Assembly (NCBI RefSeq): GCF_000253055.1
Contig: NC_016070.1
Coordinates: 1,530,001 to 1,562,000, forward strand
From: Thermoproteus tenax Kra 1
GTDB lineage: Archaea; Thermoproteota; Thermoprotei; Thermoproteales; Thermoproteaceae
DNA length: 32,000 nt
Direction of reading: 5' to 3'
Position numbers and translations under genes: made by a program. Below the pieces are notes generated by a model. The model had not been told where the DNA came from. It worked only from the letters and a program-made list of their open reading frames with translations, and searched no databases. This document shows positions 16,450-23,834 of the stretch, piece after piece. The stretch's first letter is position 1. Each line of letters starts with the position of its first letter.

Positions 16450-16820
16450 GGGCCGTAGTAAAAACAGGGGGCCTCAAGCCCGCTCTCGCACACCTCGACC
16501 CAAGTGGCGCCGAGGGCTCTCGCTATATATCTGGCTAAACACTCCCCCGTGACTCCGTAGGGGCCGCAGGGTATTTCGAAGTATGGCTCGGGGGCATCGG
16601 CCTCTCTCTCGGACTTAAGGTATCGGCCGTGCATCTGCGTCAAGAGTCCGTCTAGCCTCCTCTTCAGTTCGTCCGCATCGATGAAATAGTCTACGTCGTC
16701 CGGGCCGCAGAAGGCCGCTCTTATCACATAGTCGTGGCCGTGCAATGTGCCCACCACCGGAGAAAAGGACGGCTTGTGGGCGACGGCTATCGAGCCCTTG
16801 ACTACGACGCAGAGCCTCAT
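16446..16820 (-). CDS. 6-pyruvoyl-tetrahydropterin synthase / QueD-family protein (PTPS fold), 124 aa
   Basis: AVAHK...LHGHDYVIRAAF (the H...HGH zinc-ligand pattern), followed by FIDADELKRRLDGLL..MHGRYL, which resembles the DF..LK......LDH..LN segment of PTPS/QueD. No Cys is seen just upstream of HGH, so the subfamily is uncertain. Confidence 0.55.
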   Translation of the reverse strand: MRLCVVVKGSIAVAHKPSFSPVVGTLHGHDYVIRAAFCGPDDVDYFIDADELKRRLDGLLTQMHGRYLKSEREADAPEPYFEIPCGPYGVTGECLARYIARALGATWVEVCESGLEAPCFYYGP

Positions 16821-16852
16821 ATGTTCAAATATCTCGGGCGTTTTATTGATTC
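16821..16852. promoter_or_regulatory. 32 bp back-to-back promoter region of the QueD-like and glycosylase-like genes
   Basis: TTCAAATATCT lies 20-30 nt upstream of GTG 16853 on the plus strand. AATCAATAAAAC, read on the minus strand, lies 25-32 nt upstream of ATG 16820. Confidence 0.45.
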
Positions 16853-17749
16853 GTGCGCCTGATTATAGACGTAGACAAGATCAACGCTGTAGCCGAGGCT
16901 CTGCGTAAGTTGAAGATAGAGCGCGATAGATACTTAGATGACAGATACTATCCTCCACAGTCCGATCCCAGAGAAAGACAGCTGGCGTACTTCATCTCTG
17001 TTGTGGCCGTGGATCACAGGACTTCGACGCCCTTAGGCGCGTTCGAGGGATATATAGATGGAGAGTTCTACCACGGCGCAGACGCCCTCTGGAGGCTTGC
17101 GCGCAAGGCCTACGACGAAGGCCTCTTCGAGCCGGACAGGTTGGCCAAACTGACCCCCGAGGACGCAGAGAGGCTCTTCTCGATAAACGGCGTGAAAGTC
17201 TGGGACTTTAACGTGCGCCTCTTCTTGCTGAGGGATCTAGGCGCCAAGGCTATAGAGGCGGGCGGCTTCCAGGGGCTTATAGACGACACAATTGAGGGCT
17301 TGGCCGCCAAGCTCGGCAGAGTCAGAGCCTATGAGGATCCCGTGAGGAAGAAGGTGCTCCTGTTGGCTAAGTTCCTCGACGGCAGAGGGCTCGTTCAGTT
17401 CAAGGACCGCGAAAATTTCGACGTACCGGTCGACAACCATTTGTCGAGGATAGCCTACCGTTTGGGCATCGTAGACGTAGACTATGACATATTGTTCAAG
17501 GGCCTTGAGCTGACCAGGGAGGAGGACGTGGAGGTCAGAAACAAGGTGAAGCTGTCTTGGCGCCTTGTGGCTAAGTTCTCGGGCCTCGACCCATTCGCTC
17601 TGGACGACTTTCTGTGGAGCTTCGGGAGGAGAGTCTGCGCCCGCGACCGGCCGAGATGCGAGGAGTGTCCGCTAAGAGATGTGTGCAAGGCGCGGTCTCT
17701 GGGGCGCTATCCGCCTGAGCACACCCACACGCTCACGTGGTATTACTAA
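16853..17749 (+). CDS. HhH-GPD-superfamily glycosylase-like protein with a C-terminal 4Fe-4S cluster loop (atypical N-terminal half)
   Basis: VPVDNHLSRIAYRLGI corresponds to the P-V-D-T-H-x-x-R motif of EndoIII/MutY-type enzymes. The C-terminal CARDRPRCEECPLRDVC has exactly the C-x6-C-x2-C-x5-C spacing of the EndoIII iron-sulfur cluster loop. The helix-hairpin-helix itself is degenerate (YEDPVRKKVLLLAKFL), and the first 150 aa are not recognisably EndoIII-like. Confidence 0.6.
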   Translation: MRLIIDVDKINAVAEALRKLKIERDRYLDDRYYPPQSDPRERQLAYFISVVAVDHRTSTPLGAFEGYIDGEFYHGADALWRLARKAYDEGLFEPDRLAKLTPEDAERLFSINGVKVWDFNVRLFLLRDLGAKAIEAGGFQGLIDDTIEGLAAKLGRVRAYEDPVRKKVLLLAKFLDGRGLVQFKDRENFDVPVDNHLSRIAYRLGIVDVDYDILFKGLELTREEDVEVRNKVKLSWRLVAKFSGLDPFALDDFLWSFGRRVCARDRPRCEECPLRDVCKARSLGRYPPEHTHTLTWYY

Positions 17750-17778
17750 AACATATATACCTCGGCCGTTGTGGGCTC

Positions 17779-18216
17779 ATGAGGATTTCGGCGGGCGCTA
17801 AGTGGGGCGCCCTCGTCGGCCTCTTTAGCGGCGTCATCAACGACGTATTTACCTACGCATATAGGGAGGAGTTGGTGCGCTACGCGTATGAGACGCTCAT
17901 AAAGAACGGTGTACCGCCCCAAAGCGCCCAACAAATAGCTCAATCTACGCTCACTTTGATATATATAGGGGCGATCATCGGCGGCCTCATCGTCTGGATC
18001 ATCGTAGGCGTCATACTGGCGGCGGTCTGGGACAGACTTAGGTGGCCTTGGTACTCCAAGGGAGCCCTCTTTGGTCTCGCCTTGGCGCTCATAGGCGTTC
18101 TGGGAAATTTCGCGGGCGGTCCCGCCCAAGCTCCTGCGGCTTTTCAGCTGGGGCCAGTCTTAGATCTAGCCTTCGCCCTGCTCCTGGCTCATCTCTTAGT
18201 AAAATTCGGGGGGTAA
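17779..18216 (+). CDS. Small integral membrane protein of unknown function, about 145 aa
   Basis: Three to four hydrophobic helices (GALVGLFSGVI, LIYIGAIIGGLIVWIIVGVILAAV, ALFGLALALIGVLGNF, LDLAFALLLAHLL). The ATG at 17779 is preferred; the track start at 17737 overlaps the previous gene. The stop lies 1 nt before the next start. Confidence 0.5.
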   Translation: MRISAGAKWGALVGLFSGVINDVFTYAYREELVRYAYETLIKNGVPPQSAQQIAQSTLTLIYIGAIIGGLIVWIIVGVILAAVWDRLRWPWYSKGALFGLALALIGVLGNFAGGPAQAPAAFQLGPVLDLAFALLLAHLLVKFGG

Positions 18217-18217
18217 C

Positions 18218-19171
18218 GTGGAGATACGCGCCGTAGCCCTGAACTTAAATTGGGATTTCGATGTAGAGAGGGCGAGCAAGTTTTTGAGGGAGGCCTCCAG
18301 ACTAAGCCCGAGGACTGTGAGGATCTCCGTGGCTACGCCGCCCAAAGAGGGACTGCGACAAGTGTTGAACGCGCTTGAGGAAACAGGGGCGCAGTACTTC
18401 GCCATAGGCATATATGAGGCCGAGGATTTGGAGGATCTCGTCAGAAGCTACGGAGTGTTTGCGTCAGTGACCTCAATAGAGAGGTATCTTGAGTTTCTCA
18501 CCACTATAGACAAAAGGGGAGAGCCCGAGCTAGCCAGATACGTGGCGTTGCTGCTCGGCGGAGTGGTGTACAACAGCCCGTATTATCCCGCTGCTGTGGT
18601 CAAATCCGAAGGCGTATCCCTCTCGCTCTTATACGCAGACGACTTAAGCTCGCCAGACGATGTAGCGGCCCTCCTGAAAAGCGCCGAGAGGATAGGCGAA
18701 TCCTTCGCGGAATCAATAGGCGAAAGGTTCTTGGGCGTCGACGGGAGTCTGTCGCCGTGGGGGGAGCACTCTGTGGCCAGAGCCATAGAGCGGCTCTTTG
18801 GAGTGCGTCTGGGCGGCTGGGGATCCCTAGCGGCAATAAAGGCTTTGAACGACTCGATCAGATCGGCGGGCGTGAGGTCAGTAGGCTTCAACGAAGTGAT
18901 GCTCCCTCTGGCCGAAGATGAGGAGTTGAAGCGATTGGCCCAAGAGGGGTCCCTAGACTTATACAAGCTTGCGTCCTACGCCTCCGTATGCGTCGCAGGC
19001 CTCGACATGGTGCCTGTGGAGGCCGACAGAGAGGCCCTCAGGAGGCTCCTTCTGGACTTGAAGGCCCTCGCTGAGACTAAGGCGAGGCCTGTTGGAGTGA
19101 GGATCTTCCCTGCGTCCGGCGAGTACTTCGAGGTGCCGGGCTTCGGGAGAACTCCCGTCCTCAAGGCGTAG
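18218..19171 (+). CDS. DUF711 / UPF0210-family protein, short form (317 aa)
   Basis: The C-terminal two-thirds is collinear with UPF0210 proteins: GVDGSLSPW...SVARAIE, G.WGSLAAIKALNDSI, GFNEVMLPLAEDEEL, L..YASVCVAGLDMVPV, and VGVRIFP...G...E..GFGRTPVLK. It is about 130 aa shorter at the N-terminus than the typical family members of about 450 aa. GTG start. Confidence 0.7.
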   Translation: MEIRAVALNLNWDFDVERASKFLREASRLSPRTVRISVATPPKEGLRQVLNALEETGAQYFAIGIYEAEDLEDLVRSYGVFASVTSIERYLEFLTTIDKRGEPELARYVALLLGGVVYNSPYYPAAVVKSEGVSLSLLYADDLSSPDDVAALLKSAERIGESFAESIGERFLGVDGSLSPWGEHSVARAIERLFGVRLGGWGSLAAIKALNDSIRSAGVRSVGFNEVMLPLAEDEELKRLAQEGSLDLYKLASYASVCVAGLDMVPVEADREALRRLLLDLKALAETKARPVGVRIFPASGEYFEVPGFGRTPVLKA

Positions 19172-19174
19172 GGC

Positions 19175-20026
19175 ATGCCCTGGTTGACCAAACCTCTAGA
19201 TGGGACGCCTAGGCGTGTGGTCTCTCTGAATCCGTCCATAACGGAGTTCCTCTTTGTGTCAGGGTTGGGGGATCGGGTGGTCGGGCGCGACGTGTTCTCA
19301 TACAGGCCCAGAGATGCGCTCAAGGCCCCACACGTGGGCTCGTTTATAGACGTAGACGTCGAGAAAGTGAGGGCGCTATCGCCCGATCTGATAATACTCT
19401 ATTATCCCGTCCAGAGCGCGTTGATAGACGCCGTAGCTCAGATAGCGCCCGTAGCCGTCATTGAGACGCCCACTAGCGTCGACGACGTAGTGGCCACCTT
19501 CAAGTTCGTTTCGCGTCTCCTCGACGCAGACGAGGTGGGAGAGTACATAGCCGGCGTCTACAGAGATCTGCTGAGGGGGTCCCCCCTCGCCGAGGGGGTT
19601 TTGGCCCTCTTCTATCTGGGCGGATACGACGTAGCTTGCTCCGAGTCCTTCACAGCCTCGGCGCTAGAGGCGGCGGGCCTGAGATACATCAGAGGTCTCC
19701 ACTGCGTCTACAACTTCCTGGGCTCCGAGGAGAAGGCGGCGGCGCTCTTGGAGAGATTGGATCCCCATTTGTTAATATACGAAGGCAAGGGCAGAATGTA
19801 CAGAGAGTCCGAGTTGGCTTGGATAAAGAGGCTGAGGTGCACTGCGTGCGCCCGAGGCCGCGTCTTGGTCACGCCCAACGACACCTTGGCGCACTACGGC
19901 CCCAGCCTGCCTCTCGACATGGCGCTCGTCAGAAACGCCGTAATGAGGGGGGCCGGCTTCGTCGACGGCACGTCCAGCGTTGTCAGACCGAGTTTGAGCG
20001 ACGGCTGGTATAGGCCCTATCTCTAG
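19175..20026 (+). CDS. BtuF/TroA-like periplasmic-binding-protein fold (class III SBP) without a signal peptide
   Basis: RRVVSLNPSITEFLFVSGLGDRVVG.D, then PDLIILYYP, is the standard N-lobe pattern of cobalamin/siderophore/heme binding proteins. There is no hydrophobic N-terminus or lipobox, and no ABC permease or ATPase gene adjacent. Confidence 0.6.
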   Translation: MPWLTKPLDGTPRRVVSLNPSITEFLFVSGLGDRVVGRDVFSYRPRDALKAPHVGSFIDVDVEKVRALSPDLIILYYPVQSALIDAVAQIAPVAVIETPTSVDDVVATFKFVSRLLDADEVGEYIAGVYRDLLRGSPLAEGVLALFYLGGYDVACSESFTASALEAAGLRYIRGLHCVYNFLGSEEKAAALLERLDPHLLIYEGKGRMYRESELAWIKRLRCTACARGRVLVTPNDTLAHYGPSLPLDMALVRNAVMRGAGFVDGTSSVVRPSLSDGWYRPYL

Positions 20027-20350
20027 AGTGGGCAACGTTATAACCTTGCTACGAGCTGGGCGTTCTTGAGGCGGATCCGAGGGCGATGGGCGCCCTGGCT
20101 CTGTTATTCGGAAGAGGTACGAGGGCGATGCAGGAGGTACGCCAGTCGGCCCTCAAACTGTAGGTTTTCTAATTCTCCCACCACTTCGGGATTCTTCCTG
20201 CAGTGCCATGCTTAAAATCGGCAAGGCCACTTCAGGAATTTTCAGCGGGTCCGCCGAAGCCGCCGAGAAAACATGAAGCGAGCTCGCTGAGTTTAGGCGC
20301 ATCATGCAGGAGGAAGTAGCATGTTTTGAGCCGATCTTACCGATTTTTCC

Positions 20351-20549
20351 ATGGAAGTATACAGAGCGCTCAAGATCAGATTACCTCACCTTCTCGCCGA
20401 GGAGCGCCCCAACGTCCTAGACCTCGCCGTGCGCATGCGCCTTGCGGCCGAGGAGTACGCCGAAAGGCTGTTGAAGGAAGGGGGAGTCCAGACTCACGGC
20501 GGAGGAGTTGAACAGACTCCTCGCTCCCGACATCCAAATTTTTACATAG
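20351..20549 (+). pseudogene. Frameshifted remnant of an unidentified gene (about 65 codons)
   Basis: MEVYRALKIRLPHLLAEERPNVLDLAVRMRLAAEEYAERLLKEGG reads like real protein up to a G5 run at 20480-20484. A plausible continuation, SRLTAEELNRLLAPDIQIFT-stop, lies in the next frame. No full-length ORF exists in any frame between 20027 and 20723. Confidence 0.3.
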
Positions 20550-20705
20550 AAGGAAGTCCCGGCCCTGGGGCCCGGCGACCAGGGAGCACGGCCGGCTCCC
20601 GATGACCCGGAGCCCCCTCGCCCGCGGCCGCCGAATGGCGTCTCCGCAGGGCGGGCCCCGAGCCCTCCCGGGGAGGCGGGCGCCGCAGAGGAGGGCTTAT
20701 AACCT
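20549..20705 (+). ncRNA. Candidate structured ncRNA in a GC-rich non-coding block; possibly a minimal (type T-like) RNase P RNA core. Unverified.
   Basis: Intergenic DNA elsewhere in the window is AT-rich, but this block is very GC-rich and self-complementary. A hairpin GGGAGC/GCUCCC lies at 20582-20600. A long imperfect hairpin spans 20606-20672 with a CGCC-GAAU-GGCG tip. GGAAGUCCC at 20552-20560 resembles RNase P CR-I, and CAGAGGAGGGCUUAU at 20686-20700 resembles CR-V. AAG(U)CCC and GGGCUU can form a P4-like helix with a bulged U. Caveats are given in the findings. Confidence 0.3.
20694..20703 (+). promoter_or_regulatory. TATA/BRE-like element (GCTTATAACC) for the nucleotide-sugar dehydrogenase gene
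   Basis: It lies 21-30 nt upstream of the ATG at 20724. The same TTATAACC core occurs at 28062, about 20 nt upstream of the divergent porG start. Confidence 0.5.
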
Positions 20706-20723
20706 AGTAAGAACCTGGGCACT

Positions 20724-22112
20724 ATGTTGGCAGACCTCCTTGAGAGGGGCGAGCTAGTGGTCTCTATCTACGGCCTCGGCTATGTGGGGCTAGCTCTTTC
20801 GGCCGCGTGGCTCAGGGCTGGAGCCAGAGTGATCGGCGTTGACGTCGACGCCGAGAGGGTGGCTGCGATCTCCAACGGAGTCGTGGAATATGTCGAAGAG
20901 GACGTCAAAAGGACGATAGAGGACGCCGTGAGGAGCGGCAGAATGGAGGCGACCGTCGAGGGGGACGTGGCCTCCATAAGAAGCCGTGTGAAGATAGTGG
21001 CCGTGCCTGTCTATTTGAGGTCTACTAGGCCCAGCGTCGAGGTCGACTTTTCGGCGATAAGCGCAGCCGCGAAGGCCATAGCGCAGGGCCTGAAGCAGGG
21101 CGACCTAGTGATAATAGAATCCAGCGTTCCTCCGGGGACTACAGAGGAGGTTGTGAGGCCGATCTTGGAGACGTCGGGACTTACGGCAGAGGAGGACTTC
21201 TATCTGGCCTACAGCCCCGAGCGTATAATGGTGGGCCACGCGCTTAAGGACATAGAGGAGAACTACCCCAAGGTGATAGCCGGCGTAGGCCCCAAAAGCG
21301 CTGAGGAGGCCGCTACGTTGTATAGAAAGATAGCCAGACGCGGCGTGATTGTCCTATCCTCGGTCAAAGCCGCCGAGTTTGAGAAGCTTCTGGAGGGAGT
21401 CTATAGAGATGTCAACATAGCGCTGGCCAACGAGATGGCCTATCTCGCCAACGCCCTGGGGATCTCGTTCGCCGAAGCCAGAGAGGCCGCCAATAGCCAA
21501 CCCTACAGCCACGTCCACAAACCGGGCACAGGCGTCGGCGGCAGCTGTATTCCCGTATATCCATATTTCCTCATCTGGACCGCCGAAAGGCTCGGCCTCG
21601 AGCTGCCCCTCACCCTGTGGGGCAGAAGGATCAACGAAGAGCAGCCCTTTAAGATAGCCGAGGCGGTCGTGAAGGCTATGATAAGAGAGGGGGTCGACCC
21701 CAGCAGAGCCAAGGTCGCGGTCCTGGGGCTGGCCTTCCGCGGCGATGTCGACGACACGAGGAGGAGCCCCAGCTACGACGTGATAAGAGGGCTTTTGGAC
21801 TACGGCATTAAGAACATCGTCGTACACGACCCCTTCGTCAAACGCGATGCGTTGGTGGAAAAGTGGGGCCTGAGGCTCACCCAAAGCCTGGAGGAGGCGC
21901 TCAGAGGCGCAGAGGTGGCCGTCATAGCCACCGACCACAGCGCGTATAGAGTTAGGGCGAGCGAGTTGGCCAGATATATGAAAAAGCCCCTAATAGTGGA
22001 CGCCAGAGGTGTCCTGAAGAGGGATATACAGGTATATTCGATCGATGGAGGCCGTTGGCCTATAAAAATGGGCGAGGCCCCAGGGGAGGCCGGAGGCCCC
22101 AGGCGTTGCTAG
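20724..22112 (+). CDS. Nucleotide-sugar (UDP-glucose / UDP-ManNAc family) 6-dehydrogenase
   Basis: An N-terminal Rossmann motif IYGLGYVGLALSAA, the central YSPERI segment, a catalytic Cys region GTGVGGSCIPVYPY, and a C-terminal UDP-binding domain (AVLGLAFRGDVDDTRRSP). Confidence 0.85.
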   Translation: MLADLLERGELVVSIYGLGYVGLALSAAWLRAGARVIGVDVDAERVAAISNGVVEYVEEDVKRTIEDAVRSGRMEATVEGDVASIRSRVKIVAVPVYLRSTRPSVEVDFSAISAAAKAIAQGLKQGDLVIIESSVPPGTTEEVVRPILETSGLTAEEDFYLAYSPERIMVGHALKDIEENYPKVIAGVGPKSAEEAATLYRKIARRGVIVLSSVKAAEFEKLLEGVYRDVNIALANEMAYLANALGISFAEAREAANSQPYSHVHKPGTGVGGSCIPVYPYFLIWTAERLGLELPLTLWGRRINEEQPFKIAEAVVKAMIREGVDPSRAKVAVLGLAFRGDVDDTRRSPSYDVIRGLLDYGIKNIVVHDPFVKRDALVEKWGLRLTQSLEEALRGAEVAVIATDHSAYRVRASELARYMKKPLIVDARGVLKRDIQVYSIDGGRWPIKMGEAPGEAGGPRRC

Positions 22113-22954
22113 GCCTTTACGCCGCTCAACGTGTACATCTTTGTCAAATAACGTTGAAATGCCAAGAACACAGCCATTATCGGAGTGCCCATAAGCACCG
22201 AGAAGGCCGCAAAGACGTTATACAAGGTGGATCTGTTGGTGAAAGAGAGGTACCACATGCCCAAGGTCAACGTCCACATATTGCCGCTGGTTATAAATAC
22301 GTTGGCCAAAGCGTAGTCGGTGTAAGCTCCCATGAACGCCAAGAGCGCTATGAAGGCGACGACAGGCTTGCTCAGCGGCAGAAGAATGCGTATGAAGGCG
22401 GCCGGCCGCGATAGGCCGTCTATCAACGCGGCCTCCTCGTACTCCCGCGGTATTGAGTCGACGAAAAGCTTCACCAAGTAGGCTCCGTATATTGACGTCC
22501 CTCCTGAGTAGGCCAAGATGAGACCGTAGTATGTATTGATCATATGGAGCGAGGAGAACATGAGGTAGAGAGGCAGTATCATCACTACACCTGGAAAGAA
22601 CGACAGAAGGTACAGAGTGATCATGAGGGCCCTCTTGCCCGGCACGTTCAACCTGGAGAGGGCGACTCCCGATATGAATGCCAACACAACTGTGAGGGCC
22701 ACGGTGCCGGCGGCCAATATAAGGCTGTTGCGCAACCACAGAAAGAAGGGGTTCTGAAACAGTATATCGTAGTAGGCCTTTAGAGTTAGAGACTTAGGTT
22801 GAGGTACCAAGCTTGTTACACTGACAGAGGCTAAAGTAGGAATGTCGCTCAAAGACGTAATTATGATGTAGTAAATGGGGAAAACAGCTATTGCGGCGCT
22901 TACTATGAGTATGATATACGATATCGTCAAACGAAGTACGTCGGCTACCTTCAT
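22109..22954 (-). CDS. Sugar ABC transporter permease (MalG/CUT1-type)
   Basis: Six hydrophobic helices and the EAA loop EEAALIDGLSRPAAFIRILLPLSKP. The start overlaps the upstream permease gene by 4 nt. Confidence 0.85.
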   Translation of the reverse strand: MKVADVLRLTISYIILIVSAAIAVFPIYYIIITSLSDIPTLASVSVTSLVPQPKSLTLKAYYDILFQNPFFLWLRNSLILAAGTVALTVVLAFISGVALSRLNVPGKRALMITLYLLSFFPGVVMILPLYLMFSSLHMINTYYGLILAYSGGTSIYGAYLVKLFVDSIPREYEEAALIDGLSRPAAFIRILLPLSKPVVAFIALLAFMGAYTDYALANVFITSGNMWTLTLGMWYLSFTNRSTLYNVFAAFSVLMGTPIMAVFLAFQRYLTKMYTLSGVKA

Positions 22955-23826
22955 GTTATAGTTTCAAGGACTCCCGATATTTTTAGCATTACTGCTGCTA
23001 TGACCATCAATATGGCGGCGTCTACCACGGAGTAGACTGCGGCCAAGTTATACAGGCCGTTGTTGAAGGCCGCTTCATATGCGTAGACTACTAGTATATT
23101 TGTGGCGTTTCCAGGGCCGCCCCCCGTCAGGATATATATTGGGTAGAAATTGTTCCAAGTGAAGGTAAATCCGCCGATTCCAACGAAGGCGATAGTCCTC
23201 CTCATGAGGGGCCACGTGATGTAGCGGAAGCGGGCCCACCGGCTGGCTCCGTCCAACTGAGCTATTGAGTAGAGCTCCTCCGGTATGCTCTGGAGGGCCG
23301 ACAGAAACACCGAGGTGTAGTAGGGGAAAGAAAGCCATAAGTTGGTCAATATCAACATGAGCCACGCCATGGGCACTATATCGTACCAATCTATCGGCGC
23401 AATGCCGAATAGGGACAGTATCTTGTTCACTATCCCGTATTTCCAATTCCACATTCCCTGCCAGATTATCAGAGAAAGGAAGGCTGGGAAGGCCCAAGGT
23501 ATTAACAATAAAGAGAAGAATATGCTACGCCCCTTTAGGTCTCTCTGGTTCAACACGAGGGCTAATAGGAAGCCTGCCGCCATCATGGGCGCAAGGCTTC
23601 CCAAAGTCCATATAGCTGTATTAAGCAACACTTGAAGGAAATCTCTGCTTGTGAGCACGCTGATGTAGTTCGCTAGGCCGACCCAACTGTATTCAAAGAA
23701 ATGGTATAAATTGAAATTTGTAAAAGAAATATAAATAGTATATGAAATTGGATAGATTGATAGGAAAAGAATTAAGATAATTAAAGGAAGAAAATAGAAA
23801 TAATTAAAAAGTGTTTTTGATTTCAT
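22951..23826 (-). CDS. Sugar ABC transporter permease (MalF/CUT1-type)
   Basis: EAA loop YSIAQLDGASRWARFRYITWPLMRRT. The ATG at 23826 (MKSKTLFNYFYF...) is preferred; the track start at 23961 overlaps the 3' end of the binding-protein gene. Confidence 0.85.
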   Translation of the reverse strand: MKSKTLFNYFYFLPLIILILFLSIYPISYTIYISFTNFNLYHFFEYSWVGLANYISVLTSRDFLQVLLNTAIWTLGSLAPMMAAGFLLALVLNQRDLKGRSIFFSLLLIPWAFPAFLSLIIWQGMWNWKYGIVNKILSLFGIAPIDWYDIVPMAWLMLILTNLWLSFPYYTSVFLSALQSIPEELYSIAQLDGASRWARFRYITWPLMRRTIAFVGIGGFTFTWNNFYPIYILTGGGPGNATNILVVYAYEAAFNNGLYNLAAVYSVVDAAILMVIAAVMLKISGVLETIT

Positions 23827-23834
23827 AATGGGCA

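Noticed and set aside
20550-20700. SRP (7S) RNA as the identity of the GC-rich structured block; GGGAGCACGG resembles the helix 8 AGCA region.
   Set aside because: The GC-rich block is only about 150 nt, whereas archaeal SRP RNA is about 300 nt. There is no GGAA/GNAR tetraloop preceding the GGGAGCA segment, and no Alu-domain-like 5' motifs are nearby.
20036-20704. The 9 nt direct repeat TTATAACCT at 20036-20044 and 20696-20704 flanks about 660 bp. I considered it as att sites or a target-site duplication of an integrated element or MITE.
   Set aside because: The same core (TTATAACC) occurs at 28062, and there and at 20696 it sits about 20-30 nt upstream of the start codon of a leaderless gene. 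It is more simply the local TATA/BRE consensus. Similarity decays right after the 9-mer. The orphan copy at 20036 is kept as an observation in the findings.
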